Position numbers and translations under genes: made by a program
The notes under the pieces: generated by a model
What the model was told of the DNA's origin: nothing
What the model saw: the letters and a program-made list of their open reading frames with translations, nothing else
Databases searched by the model: none
Virus record (IMG/VR): IMGVR_UViG_3300048888_000044
Span: 1-55,751 of that record
Length of the DNA stretch: 55,751 nt
Strand: one strand, 5' to 3'
Source of the DNA: a virus
Taxonomy: Duplodnaviria > Caudoviricetes
In this document: positions 1-10,146 of the stretch, in pieces
Position numbering within the stretch: position 1 is the first letter of the stretch
How the letters are laid out: every line of letters starts with the position of its first letter

Positions 1-18
1 CATCTTCGTCGGAAGGGA
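1..18 (+). repeat. Terminal 18-nt direct repeat (copy at 55734-55751)
   Basis: CATCTTCGTCGGAAGGGA at both ends. Confidence 0.95.
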
Positions 19-29
19 TTTCGGGAGTG

Positions 30-1289
30 TCAGATTTCGATTCCGATTTCCTTCGCGCTGTGGATCTCTTCAAGCGCCTTGTCGATTGAGTCGAGCTTGA
101 TTTCAAGGTAATAGCCCTTCACCTGTTCGGCGTTCGACCGCAAATGTTCGATGCACTCATCCAGCGTGTCACCGACGCCGATCACCGCTCCGATCTCAGG
201 CAGTTCGTAGAGTTGGGGAACGAAAAAATCCTTCCCGTCGATCTTGCAATGGTTGCGCAGCTTCACGAACTTTCGGATTTCCTCCGGGAACTCCACGGCC
301 TGCCAGTTGTTCGTGGCCCAGGACGAGTGAATCATGGCGATGGCGGCGTACTGGTGCGCCGTTTCAGGTGACGCCATGTTGCCTTCAGCACCTTCAGCGA
401 TGATTTCCGGCCAGTTGGAGAACACTTCCTGCATGGCCTCGTTGGGAGGTGAAGGCAGTCTCGCGCATGGGTCTATGAGAAACACGTCCTTCTCGGGTGT
501 GATGCGAAGCTCCGTGGAAAACCAGCCACGGTAACGTTGTTCCCGAAACCAATCGCTCATCTTCTCGTTGGGACGGCGATACGCCTCGGGGATCTCGGTC
601 CAATCCATCACGCGGCCTATGAATCCGAGGTCTTTTATTTCACAACCTGAGTACGTCTTTGATGGCCACTGTCCGTCCACCGTCCAGGCATCAATACCCC
701 ACTCTACTGCCGGCGATATGTCCGGCTCGACGATGAATTGAACGAGCGTTTTCTTGGCTCCCAATTTGTGCTCCAGCTCGTCGAGCTTGGGCTCCGACAA
801 ATGATAGTTCTCGTTCTTGAACGTCTCGAAGTCACCACGATTGGCGCTGATCTTGACCCACACCTTCTCATGTTCTTTCAAATACTCGCGCAGTGCTTCG
901 ATTCCAACGACTACCGTGGCCGGACTGGGATCGACTCCGTGCTCGTTCAGGATGCGTTTGGAAGCAACCCGGTTGAGCTCGATCAATTCACCCTTTCGAG
1001 CGCCCCAAACCTGCTTTCCCATCTTCTCGCACGCCACCTGCATGTCCCCAAAGTAAACGTCCGGGAAAATGATGATGTCCGATTTCTCGATGGCGTCCCA
1101 GACCCAACGAACACGGTCCATTTCCTCGAAACCGTCTCCCGGCAACAGCGAGTTGGACTTGGGAAACCCGGAAGCCCAAGGGGTCCAGTAGTACGTGTGT
1201 TTGAAACCGGGAGCGCAGGACAGGGCGAAGTCAACGAACAAACCGTTGTCCACCCACGTCACGATCTTGTCTTTCGGGTTGCAACTCAT
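30..1289 (-). CDS. ATP-grasp enzyme, PurD/GARS-like
   Basis: ELIELNRVASKRIL, VWVKI, FIVE...EWGIDAW, LIDPCARLPSPP ATP-grasp-type motifs; overlaps portal stop. Confidence 0.7.
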   Translation of the reverse strand: MSCNPKDKIVTWVDNGLFVDFALSCAPGFKHTYYWTPWASGFPKSNSLLPGDGFEEMDRVRWVWDAIEKSDIIIFPDVYFGDMQVACEKMGKQVWGARKGELIELNRVASKRILNEHGVDPSPATVVVGIEALREYLKEHEKVWVKISANRGDFETFKNENYHLSEPKLDELEHKLGAKKTLVQFIVEPDISPAVEWGIDAWTVDGQWPSKTYSGCEIKDLGFIGRVMDWTEIPEAYRRPNEKMSDWFREQRYRGWFSTELRITPEKDVFLIDPCARLPSPPNEAMQEVFSNWPEIIAEGAEGNMASPETAHQYAAIAMIHSSWATNNWQAVEFPEEIRKFVKLRNHCKIDGKDFFVPQLYELPEIGAVIGVGDTLDECIEHLRSNAEQVKGYYLEIKLDSIDKALEEIHSAKEIGIEI

Positions 1290-3556
1290 TCCTCGTTGAA
1301 GGCGTACCGTTTGGCATGGGCTTCAGCGGCGTCTTTCATTCCCTGGCCCATCAAATCAGCCCTGGTCATCGCGTTCTTGCGTTGAATCTCCGAGGCCGTG
1401 GACAGGTTCTTGCGCTGCTGTTCGGATTGGAAGTCGATTTGTTTGTGAGTCCGCTTCTGCACCGCGGCGGCTTCCTTTTCCTGCAACTTCTGTTTCGTCT
1501 TGGCCTGATTGGCAGCCAGGTCGGCCATGACCTTGGGGTCCAGGTGACCGTTGCCGTTCTGCTGCGCCTGCCGTTGCTCCATTGCCTTGACCTCGTTCAT
1601 CAACTTCCCAAGAGACTTCTGGTAGGCCGTCACCTTTTCCTTGGCTGTTTCGTCCTCGGACAGCTTCCTGATGTGCCTGGCGATGAAGACTGCCACCGCA
1701 TTGAATCCTCGAACGTCTTCGGGCGTGCCGACGCCACCAGATTGCATCACCTGCTGAATCTTTAGCGCGAGAAGATCCAGACACGTCTCGATTTGTTCCG
1801 TGTGGTTCATTCCGGGCTTTGGCTTCATGGGAACTCCTGACCCCATCATCGAACCGAAAGACAACTCGGCGTTGTTCACACTGTCCGTGACCTTGGCTCC
1901 GCCGCTCAATGGCACCAGTTCATTGGCCAGTTTGCTGTCGGACAACGCCTCGGTGTACATGTGAAGAACTTTCCGCTGCGGTTCCGGGTCGAGCAACGGT
2001 CGGATGGCCAACAGTTCCTTCGACTGCGCGATTTCCAGCATCTTGTTGCCACCTCCAACCACCCGCTCGGCCGTAATCTCCCAGGTGTCCACGTCGAGAA
2101 AGGCGTCGGGAATACCTCGGCGTTTACACGCTTCCTGAAACTTCTGAGCATCCTTGTTCTCGGTCTTCTTTTGCGTGAACCGCCGGCACTCTTCCCGGTA
2201 GGCGAATTCCTCCTGTACGTAGGCAAGGTTGAGCAACCCTCCCATGAGTGCGTTGACCTGGTTCACCTTGGCGATGGTTTCGGTGGCGGTCTGTTCACGT
2301 TGAGTTCCGGTGTCGATGTCCTGAGTGTAGGCGCTGCTGGACTCGCTCATTAACTGACGGAACCCGGATTTGGTCTGGTTTATCAGCTCCACGTTGACTT
2401 GGTGCCGTTCCTCGTTCTTAACGATCTGGATGCCCTCCTGCAACACGCCCTTGTCGAAGAAGGTCATACGGTTCAAACGCGCCAGGTCTGCCGGGTTGGC
2501 TACCCGGTACCACGTCTGCAAATCTTCCATCGTACATTCAACTTCCTTGCACCGAAGCCGGTTCATCAAATGGCACACGTCGAACAACTGAAAACCAAGG
2601 CTGCGAACCGAGTGATAGTGGAATGGTGGCTTGTTCGACAGGTCTCCAAACTGGATGTGCAACAGGTTGGACAATTCACGCGCGAAGATTCGTTCTGATT
2701 TGTACACCCACTCGGCGTCGGTCGAGTTGTAATTGGCGTAGGACGCTCCCGGAGCCGGTCCTTCCACGTCCTGAATGATACGCCGCTTCCAACCTTTCGC
2801 GTCACTGTCGTAGAAGAAGAAGTCCCAAAGAACCACTGCCGGCGCGCTGTCGATGGAGTAGAACGTCCCGGTCTGCTTGTACAACTCGAACATCTTTTCC
2901 GGGTTATCAACCCAGGTGTAGTTAGAGGAAGTCAGGTTCTCGTTCTTGATCGCGTCGAGAAGCTTTCTGACCATCGGTTGACGCCATCCCGGGTCAACCG
3001 TCTTTCCCTGAGTTCGGTCAATCAACTCGGAAGGTGGGTACACCCGGCGCACAGCGAAGAAGGGAAGATTCTCCAGGGACGTATCCGTGTCGGTTGGTAT
3101 CAACAGGTCTTCCACGGCCACGTAGCGAGGCCGCCAGTCCCACCGTGACTCCCACAATTGGGCACCGATGCCGTGCAACACCACTCCTGAAAACTTGGAT
3201 CGGATGAGTTGGATATAGGGCCAGCTCCGTTTCATCACCCGGTTGATCCTGGTGGTGACGAAGGAACTCCACTCCGATCGTTTGGTGACATCCCCCCGGT
3301 CTCCACGGATGGTGAAGAAATTCTCCGGTTTCAGGAAGGCGTTCTCGTACTGGGAAAGCGCCTGTTTACCCAGAACGCAGGCTTCCTTGAAATTGACGTT
3401 GACCGGGATCTTGTTGTCGGTTGCCTCCTGTTGCGTGTAGGGAGGCCAGCCGTCGAACAGCTTGTTGATCTTGGTGCGGTTGTCGGAGCGGGTCAGGTCA
3501 GCCCACTTCATGTCCCAGATTACTGATCCGACGTGCGCGGGCGTGGAAAAGTTCAC
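1286..3556 (-). CDS. Portal protein
   Basis: 756 aa; TATETIAK motif, helical C-terminal region; same strand/operon as TerL. Confidence 0.75.
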   Translation of the reverse strand: MNFSTPAHVGSVIWDMKWADLTRSDNRTKINKLFDGWPPYTQQEATDNKIPVNVNFKEACVLGKQALSQYENAFLKPENFFTIRGDRGDVTKRSEWSSFVTTRINRVMKRSWPYIQLIRSKFSGVVLHGIGAQLWESRWDWRPRYVAVEDLLIPTDTDTSLENLPFFAVRRVYPPSELIDRTQGKTVDPGWRQPMVRKLLDAIKNENLTSSNYTWVDNPEKMFELYKQTGTFYSIDSAPAVVLWDFFFYDSDAKGWKRRIIQDVEGPAPGASYANYNSTDAEWVYKSERIFARELSNLLHIQFGDLSNKPPFHYHSVRSLGFQLFDVCHLMNRLRCKEVECTMEDLQTWYRVANPADLARLNRMTFFDKGVLQEGIQIVKNEERHQVNVELINQTKSGFRQLMSESSSAYTQDIDTGTQREQTATETIAKVNQVNALMGGLLNLAYVQEEFAYREECRRFTQKKTENKDAQKFQEACKRRGIPDAFLDVDTWEITAERVVGGGNKMLEIAQSKELLAIRPLLDPEPQRKVLHMYTEALSDSKLANELVPLSGGAKVTDSVNNAELSFGSMMGSGVPMKPKPGMNHTEQIETCLDLLALKIQQVMQSGGVGTPEDVRGFNAVAVFIARHIRKLSEDETAKEKVTAYQKSLGKLMNEVKAMEQRQAQQNGNGHLDPKVMADLAANQAKTKQKLQEKEAAAVQKRTHKQIDFQSEQQRKNLSTASEIQRKNAMTRADLMGQGMKDAAEAHAKRYAFNEE

Positions 3557-3588
3557 TCCGCACTTCTACGCTGTGAAAGACGGTCTGT

Positions 3589-3834
3589 CTAGCCCGGAAG
3601 CAACGCTCCGATGCCGGTAAACATCGTCTTGAAAAACGAGTCGTCGGGAGCGGCTGTCTGTCCTCCGTAAGCCTGGAATGAACCGTCAACCTTTTTGAAG
3701 AGTTGGCCGAGCCGGTTTCCGTTCCCCTGGGTGATCTTGAATTGCCACTCCTGTCCGTTTGAGTCGGTGTAGGAGTAGTCCCGTTCTGCTGGAGAGTTTT
3801 CAGTCCACATGCAGGGACTTCTACACTCACTCAC
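3589..3834 (-). CDS. Hypothetical protein
   Basis: Open frame filling gap before portal; start uncertain. Confidence 0.45.
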   Translation of the reverse strand: MSECRSPCMWTENSPAERDYSYTDSNGQEWQFKITQGNGNRLGQLFKKVDGSFQAYGGQTAAPDDSFFKTMFTGIGALLPG

Positions 3835-4006
3835 AGCCCTCGTCAACGTCTCTTGTGCAACTCGGACACAACTGATCCGCTCCCAGTTTGTCGGCATAGA
3901 CCTCTCGACCGCAACTTGGACAGCAAGACCATTCGTTGTTCGACCGTTCGATGTCACGGTCAGTGACACCTGGAGGAAGATTAGGATTGCCTGGAAGCGA
4001 GTTCAT
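3827..4006 (-). CDS. Small Zn-ribbon protein
   Basis: CPSC...CPSC; NLPPGVT motif. Confidence 0.55.
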   Translation of the reverse strand: MNSLPGNPNLPPGVTDRDIERSNNEWSCCPSCGREVYADKLGADQLCPSCTRDVDEGCE

Positions 4007-4571
4007 TTTCCTCTTTGGTGTGATTGGAGCGATATGTTTCCAAAGCCTGTTCAGAAACATCAACGTAACGCTGATTACTTCCGACATCATGCCCGTTTAA
4101 GACATAGCCTTTAGCGAGTGGAAGTATAAGCATGACAGCACTCGCCAACGCTTCGGCATCGGTGCGGAGTGCTTCAACTAATTCATAAATTGATTTTCCT
4201 CCTGCTTGTTCGTAGGTGGAAACGCCAAACGCTTTCCAAATACGATTCACGATTTCTTTTTCTTCCTCATAATCTTTTTGGAGTTGTTGATTTTCCTCTC
4301 TTAATTGGGTATTCTCAGCACTTAATAATCTCGCTGTGCTTTGCGAAGCAGATAATTCACTTGCTGGAACATCTTGTCTTTGACATGTGGATAGTTCAAA
4401 AACTAATTGAGATACTTCTAATTGAAGTGCTTTAGTTTCCTCTCGCGCATACTCCTGGCAGGCGGTTCGGATTATATTACTTTCTTCTTCGCACATCTCG
4501 TATTTGGCGAGCATGGCTACTGTATTCTGTATGATTTCCTCCAACCTGTCGTTTGTGTTTGTGGTGGTCAT
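3981..4571 (-). CDS. Coiled-coil hypothetical protein (AT-rich)
   Basis: 196 aa ORF, heptad-like pattern. Confidence 0.6.
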   Translation of the reverse strand: MTTTNTNDRLEEIIQNTVAMLAKYEMCEEESNIIRTACQEYAREETKALQLEVSQLVFELSTCQRQDVPASELSASQSTARLLSAENTQLREENQQLQKDYEEEKEIVNRIWKAFGVSTYEQAGGKSIYELVEALRTDAEALASAVMLILPLAKGYVLNGHDVGSNQRYVDVSEQALETYRSNHTKEENELASRQS

Positions 4572-4576
4572 TTGAT

Positions 4577-4972
4577 TTAGTCGTTAAAACCGTGCTCGAC
4601 AATTCTCTGCGCGTCTTCGTTTTCTTGCGCGAGAAGTTCCGCGTCTTTTCTGCGACTCATATGGAGTGCAGCGTGAACATCATCCACCCAATAAAACATT
4701 CCGTTTTTCGGCTCAAATGCGAGATATTGTAGTCCATGCCCTTGAGCCTTTCCGTTTTCAATTAACCATGCGCTTCGTGTTGCCATATTTTCTCCTTGTA
4801 ACAGTTTCCTATATTTCTCAAACCCTTTTCTCAATATCGCTTGCCTGTGTTCGCGCAGTCCCGCCATTGAACATTCTTGCTCAACGTCGTGAATGAGTTT
4901 TTCCAGTTGTGGGGTCATTTCGTTTTCCTCCAAATCATCACAATATAAAATATCATCGTTCTGGTTAGACAT
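4577..4972 (-). CDS. Hypothetical protein
   Basis: 131 aa ORF in operon. Confidence 0.55.
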   Translation of the reverse strand: MSNQNDDILYCDDLEENEMTPQLEKLIHDVEQECSMAGLREHRQAILRKGFEKYRKLLQGENMATRSAWLIENGKAQGHGLQYLAFEPKNGMFYWVDDVHAALHMSRRKDAELLAQENEDAQRIVEHGFND

Positions 4973-5042
4973 CCTAGTAGGAACGCAATTAGAATTTGTA
5001 AGTTAGTTCTCATTTGATTTGATCGCGGGCGTTGAAAGAGTT

Positions 5043-5163
5043 GAGCGCGGCAGACAATTTCAGTCTGCATGCTGTTTGATTCCTGGGCCAAGTCAGCACT
5101 TTCCAGCATCGCCACTTTTCGCATTGCTTGGCGTGCGATTGAGTCTTATTCCTCCACGCGCTC
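5043..5163 (-). ncRNA. tRNA-like structured RNA
   Basis: 7-bp GAGCGCG/CGCGCTC acceptor-like stem, D-like arm, T-like arm GCAGAC-TGAAATT-GTCTGC; no normal anticodon loop. Confidence 0.45.
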
Positions 5164-5362
5164 ATAAATTAAAGGCAACGACGGCCAAAGCTCTTAAAAA
5201 ATTGACTCGCCAAGCTCAGGCTGGATGCGTTCTCCACATTCGTCGTTGCCAAAGTGCATGGCTTTCCGTTATTTGCTTTCAGGGCGCTGTCAGCAACCCC
5301 GGATGTTTTGCAATCCGGCACTTCTTGCAGTCCGGCCACGGTTGGAGCCATGCGTCCAAAAG

Positions 5363-6160
5363 TCATTTCGCCTTGTTCGCCGGGTGCAGCTTCTTCAAGT
5401 CCGGTGACAAATCAGGAGGAACGATCACACGATCTCGTAGAACATTTATCAACGAACCGTCCTTGGACTGGTGAAACAATACCGCTTCGGGCCAGATGCT
5501 CTTCACCGTCCGAACGTTCACCGGGTCCTCATCCGTTCGCTCGGTCTTGAACGTGATCTGGTTATCAGGTCCAGCCCAAAAATGGTGAATGAGTTTTTGG
5601 TCGGTCGCCCTTGGTGGCAGAAACTCGTGACTGGCCATGTCCCAACAACGCGCGCCTTTGGTGTACTCGGCTAGGTCGGAATGAGCGTTCACAGGATACA
5701 CCGACACCGCCGCCAGATGTTGTTTGATGTCTGCCGGCGCCGACACTGCCCCTTCGCTCTTGATGATCGGTCCAAAGTAACGGCGCGGTTGTGAGTAGTA
5801 ACCGTCTGCCAGTTCGTCCAGCCAACCTTTTTTCAATGGAACACAGTCAGGTTCCAGCCAAAGGAAGGGCCATTTCGTCGTCTGCATCAGTTGAAATGAC
5901 AACCGTTCAAACATGCGATTGCACGCCTGCTGATACTGTTCCACCTGGCCAACTGTCACGATGACACTGGAAGCGTGACCGAACACGTCCTGGGCGAGCT
6001 TCTTCAACTCGTCACGATCCTCCTGTTTGATGGCTGAATCAGCACCAAGCAAACAGGAGTGGTTGGGGCAACCTCCAAGCTCTCCGATCCACAGGAGAAG
6101 ATTGCGAGCGAGGGTGAGGTCTTTGGTACAATATGGCAGGAGGACGGTTAAGTGGTTCAT
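5363..6160 (-). CDS. Putative glycosyltransferase (GT-A-like)
   Basis: FLWLEPDCVPL..WLD, VLFHQSKDG motifs. Confidence 0.55.
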   Translation of the reverse strand: MNHLTVLLPYCTKDLTLARNLLLWIGELGGCPNHSCLLGADSAIKQEDRDELKKLAQDVFGHASSVIVTVGQVEQYQQACNRMFERLSFQLMQTTKWPFLWLEPDCVPLKKGWLDELADGYYSQPRRYFGPIIKSEGAVSAPADIKQHLAAVSVYPVNAHSDLAEYTKGARCWDMASHEFLPPRATDQKLIHHFWAGPDNQITFKTERTDEDPVNVRTVKSIWPEAVLFHQSKDGSLINVLRDRVIVPPDLSPDLKKLHPANKAK

Positions 6161-6161
6161 A

Positions 6162-6338
6162 TCATTTCAACAGTTTCGGGTTCAGGCGGACGAGTTCTCC
6201 AGGAGGGATCGGGAACGATTTATTCTTGGGTTTGCAAGAACCAGTCGAAGCGTCGTAACGCAAAGGGTGGCGGTCGAGTGCCTCAAAGTTTTTGAGTATC
6301 CAAGCGTGCTCGTCGGAATTTGGCCAATTTTCACCCAT
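6162..6338 (-). CDS. Small hypothetical protein (58 aa)
   Basis: MGENWPNSDEHAW..., exactly fills gap between neighbours. Confidence 0.45.
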   Translation of the reverse strand: MGENWPNSDEHAWILKNFEALDRHPLRYDASTGSCKPKNKSFPIPPGELVRLNPKLLK

Positions 6339-7005
6339 TGGATTTCTCCTTATTCACCCAACAATCTGTCACTGCCTCGAACTCCTTCCACTGAACGTCC
6401 GTCGTGCGTTCAGCGATGGTCTGGAAAGGCACCCAGACTTTGAGCGGTAGGTGACATGAACACACCGCGCATGTGTGAAGCTCTTCTTCACCGTCAACTC
6501 GAAGTGCCATGCGAAGTTTCTCGCGACGTTGATCGTGGATAGCCTTCGCGATGATCGTGGTGAGCTTTTGGACGAAATGACCTTCCTGATTCTGTGGACA
6601 ATTCAGACAGATATTAGCGCGTGATTGCGCCAGTTCTTGTGTGACTGGTATGCCACCTTCCCCGAGCCAGTCTTTCAGGATGTTAGCGCCGGCCGCAAGT
6701 GCGGCACCCTGTCTGAGGACGTGGCTCGGACTGAACTGATTCGCTGCCCACGGAGACTTTTTTTTTGACTCAACCCAATTCGGGTCAAAGCCGAGTCGTT
6801 CGCATTGATAGGAGTCCAACTCTGTGGCGATGGCTTGCAGGTCGGTTGGTAGGAGACCGTTGCCAACCCGATACTCCTTGATGCGCGCGCACTGATCCCA
6901 AAATCCGTAGGTCAGTCCGTCGAACTTGTGGACCGTGCCGTCGGCCTTCTTCTGAATGTAGGGAAAGCCTCCCGGTGGAAATGTTTGTCGAGTTTTAAGG
7001 GGCAT
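6331..7005 (-). CDS. Cys-containing phage protein
   Basis: RANICLNCPQN, CAVCSC..LKVWVP, CW motifs. Confidence 0.7.
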   Translation of the reverse strand: MPLKTRQTFPPGGFPYIQKKADGTVHKFDGLTYGFWDQCARIKEYRVGNGLLPTDLQAIATELDSYQCERLGFDPNWVESKKKSPWAANQFSPSHVLRQGAALAAGANILKDWLGEGGIPVTQELAQSRANICLNCPQNQEGHFVQKLTTIIAKAIHDQRREKLRMALRVDGEEELHTCAVCSCHLPLKVWVPFQTIAERTTDVQWKEFEAVTDCWVNKEKSNG

Positions 7006-7011
7006 AGGAAA

Positions 7012-7296
7012 TCATCGTAACTTTCTGTTCGCAGCTTTGTCAGCCTGTTTGTTTATGACAGAGAGGCATCCCAGTAGCTGTTCGGAGTATGAGCCAGCGC
7101 GAGATGGGTTTAGTTCTTTCAGACGTTCGGCCTGCCTGATACATCTCTTTGCGTCGGCTTGAAGTTGCACAAGCTCTTCGTAATTGTGCATCGAAGATTC
7201 CAATGTCATGTTTTCGATCCGTCCTTCCCATTCGCCTCTGCCGTTACACTCGGGGCACCTTCCTGTTCCACCGCATTCTTCGCACTCGCATTTCAT
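7012..7296 (-). CDS. Protein with DnaJ-type zinc-finger repeats
   Basis: CEECGGTG-CPECNGRG. Confidence 0.65.
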   Translation of the reverse strand: MKCECEECGGTGRCPECNGRGEWEGRIENMTLESSMHNYEELVQLQADAKRCIRQAERLKELNPSRAGSYSEQLLGCLSVINKQADKAANRKLR

Positions 7297-7302
7297 TGGT
7301 GG

Positions 7303-9114
7303 TCACGCATGGGTCAACATTTTCGACATAAGTAAATTTTGAGTTTTCTTCTCTTCCTTGTCAAGGAAGTTGTTTTGTTCCAACTCGAATGCTCCGGGAA
7401 GACGGTTGATTTGAAATCCAAGACGACGCGCGCCTTCAACGGCGGTGGCCAGCCAGTCGAACTTGTCAGGGGAACGGCCGATGCGTTCCTTCATCTTTTC
7501 CTTGGTCTCGACCTGAACCTTGTTTCCCCTAACTTCCTTCCACTCCCTGAGACATCCCTCTTCCATCACGTCCGGTGGGAGTCCTCGTAGCTGCTCGCTC
7601 TCGATGGTGTAACGAACTGAGTACCACAACTCGGTGACGAAGTTGGCGTACTTCTCGTGACACAACATCAGCCTCTTTTCACCCGTTCGAGGATCTCGAA
7701 TGAACGTGTCGTGTGTTACCGGACGCGATGTGGGTGATCCGCCGAACTCAACCGGATTGACCGCCGGACTCCAAACACGACCGAAGCTGGTTCCCAGTGA
7801 ACCTCGTCCGGTGGCGTCGTGGAAGACGTTCTCCGGTGGAATGTCCTGTGGAATGCAAGCGTCTCGAACAAACGTGGCAATCTGGTCCTCGGGAGAAATT
7901 CCAACGTTCATCTGAATCGGAATGGTGACTGGTATTGGAACGTAGAGAATTAGCCGTCCAGTTTCGTCCATCCCAAACTCGATATGACCACCAACGCAAC
8001 GGTCACCTCCGACAACACCGTAAGCGGCATCGACCGCGTACGCTTTCACTCGCCGGTTGTTCATCCAAATTGGAGATTCGAGGGCGTGATGTGTCTCACA
8101 CAAGTCTCGTGTGATGACCTTGCGCGCGATGAGTCCGGTGATGCGTGCGCCTTTGCACTGTGACCAGTACTCCGACGAGTTGGGACCGTAATCGCGCAAG
8201 GTGTCCTGAATGACGTCGGGTCGGGTGAGGTACGGAAACCGGACTTCACCGGGGAAATCGAAGTTGGGGGAGTCCGTGCCGATCAGGTTGACACAGACGC
8301 CACCGAACTTTCTGGTTTTCCACACCGCAGTCTTTTCCGGCACCGGATGATTGCTCCAACCGCACTCCGGCTCGGCCACCTGATCGAGGGGATCGCCCAT
8401 GCCCAAAGGGTTACCCAGGAAAGCAGCCTTGAAATCGGGGTTGTTACGCAGGTTCGCGATGGCCGCAAGGAAACTCGTGGCCATGAACTGACATTCATCA
8501 GCGAACAGTCTGACTCGCTTCTGTTTTGCGCCGGCGTAACGGCCAAGTCCCTTGTATTGTCCGCGGTCGGACAGGCAGGGAATACAGATGATCCCTTTGC
8601 GAAGGTCGCGAATTTTTCCATCGCCGGCTTCCTGGCTGCTGATCGCGTGCAGGTAATCGACCACGAAACCGGGGAAATCATCGTCCATCTCGTGCGCGCG
8701 TTCCCAAAGTGATTTGATCGAACCCCAGACACGCAACTCCAACCCACGAACGTCGGTGCTGCTCACGAGAGTCAGTGTTTCCTCGGGGAAACAGGCGTAA
8801 TCTGTGAGACCGATCTTGGCGATGGTGTAGGTTTTGCCGCTGTTGGCCGATCCCATCAGTGTCGTGTACTGGTGTGAGAGATATTCCTTCAAGATGAGGT
8901 CAGCCCAACGATGATCGTCGTCATCGGGCCACCACAGGCGCCACAAGTTCTTGTAATGTTGGAACAGACCAAGGCCGAATACGGTTCCGTCTTCGTCTTT
9001 CCACTGACCACCTTTTCGGATGCAGGCTTTCTCGACTTCGATCTCAGGATCGCCGCTGTGGATCTTCCACGTTATCCCGTATTTCGTGGTCGTTTTCATG
9101 CTTGCGTGAGGCAC
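7303..9114 (-). CDS. terL: Terminase large subunit
   Basis: Walker A GSANSGKT, Walker B LFADE, LGNP motif, RNase H-like VDAAYG..GDR and RSPDKFD. Confidence 0.9.
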   Translation of the reverse strand: MPHASMKTTTKYGITWKIHSGDPEIEVEKACIRKGGQWKDEDGTVFGLGLFQHYKNLWRLWWPDDDDHRWADLILKEYLSHQYTTLMGSANSGKTYTIAKIGLTDYACFPEETLTLVSSTDVRGLELRVWGSIKSLWERAHEMDDDFPGFVVDYLHAISSQEAGDGKIRDLRKGIICIPCLSDRGQYKGLGRYAGAKQKRVRLFADECQFMATSFLAAIANLRNNPDFKAAFLGNPLGMGDPLDQVAEPECGWSNHPVPEKTAVWKTRKFGGVCVNLIGTDSPNFDFPGEVRFPYLTRPDVIQDTLRDYGPNSSEYWSQCKGARITGLIARKVITRDLCETHHALESPIWMNNRRVKAYAVDAAYGVVGGDRCVGGHIEFGMDETGRLILYVPIPVTIPIQMNVGISPEDQIATFVRDACIPQDIPPENVFHDATGRGSLGTSFGRVWSPAVNPVEFGGSPTSRPVTHDTFIRDPRTGEKRLMLCHEKYANFVTELWYSVRYTIESEQLRGLPPDVMEEGCLREWKEVRGNKVQVETKEKMKERIGRSPDKFDWLATAVEGARRLGFQINRLPGAFELEQNNFLDKEEKKTQNLLMSKMLTHA

Positions 9115-9149
9115 ACCTTAGTGCAACGGTTGATTTAATTGCAAATCCT

Positions 9150-10145
9150 ATGAGTTCTCCAAATAACTGTTGTAACCCCTGCGCCACAGTTGAGACCGTG
9201 AATGTTCCCGGTCTCGAAGGCGACGCCGGGTTGGCTGGTGATGATGGGACAAACGGGATAGACTCTTTTACGTTCACCACGGCGGACTTCACGATGCCCG
9301 CCGCCAGTGGAACAGAGGTGGTCGAGGTGGCCAATACCGACTGGATGGTCGTGGGCCAACCGATCTTCGTTCAGGTGGCCGGCATGATGCAGGTGGTGTC
9401 GATCGTGGATGGCACACACGTTGAACTCGAAAACCTGGGTTACTCCCAGAACGCGGCGGGTGGAACGAACATTCCGAGCGGCAGCGGCGTGGCACCTGGA
9501 GGGTTTGAACCGGACGTGAGCGGGTTTGCTGCTTCTGGAGTCAACAGTGACATTACCAGGCTGACCGGATTGACGACACCACTGCCGGTAAACGAAGGTG
9601 GAACTGGAGCGACGACGGCGACAAATGCTCGAACTAATTTCGGGTTGAAGTCCAACGCCAACATTGCCGACGTGGTGGCGAATGCGGCGGACACCTACCT
9701 CACCGGATCGGCTCTGCTGATTCCCACGGATGGATTGAAGGCCGGAACGGTGGCGCGATGGAGATTTTTCCTGACCAAGACAGCGGCGGGAGTAGCGGCT
9801 CCAGTCTGGTCGGTTCGAGTTGGAGTAGCGGGAACGACCGGTGACACGGCTCGGCTCACATTCACTGGACCGGCACAGACGGCGGCAGCGGATACTGCCG
9901 AGGTCATCATTGAAGCTGTTTTGAGGAACATCGGTGCGGCCGGAGTGCTGGCTGGAGGTCTGACTCTCAATCACAACCTGGCAGCGACAGGATTCGCCAA
10001 TCAGGGAGCGGTGGTGTTGCAGAACACTTCGGCTGGATTTGACACGACGCCGGCCAACCTGATTCTTGGGGTATCGGTCGATCCGGGTGCGGCGGGAGTG
10101 TGGACGCATCAACTCGTTCGCGCTGAACTTTGGTTGAACAATTGA
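9150..10145 (+). CDS. Virion structural / tail fibre-like protein
   Basis: Short collagen-like stretch, LPVNEGGTGATT fibre motif, Gly/Ala/Thr-rich. Confidence 0.65.
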   Translation: MSSPNNCCNPCATVETVNVPGLEGDAGLAGDDGTNGIDSFTFTTADFTMPAASGTEVVEVANTDWMVVGQPIFVQVAGMMQVVSIVDGTHVELENLGYSQNAAGGTNIPSGSGVAPGGFEPDVSGFAASGVNSDITRLTGLTTPLPVNEGGTGATTATNARTNFGLKSNANIADVVANAADTYLTGSALLIPTDGLKAGTVARWRFFLTKTAAGVAAPVWSVRVGVAGTTGDTARLTFTGPAQTAAADTAEVIIEAVLRNIGAAGVLAGGLTLNHNLAATGFANQGAVVLQNTSAGFDTTPANLILGVSVDPGAAGVWTHQLVRAELWLNN

Positions 10146-10146
10146 A

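Noticed and set aside
4960-4975. GTTAGACAT as another attC box
   Set aside because: It is the reverse complement of the Met-Ser-Asn start of an ORF; no hairpin arms nearby.
5043-5163. Canonical tRNA gene
   Set aside because: No 7-nt anticodon loop, TTC or CCA; kept only as tRNA-like.
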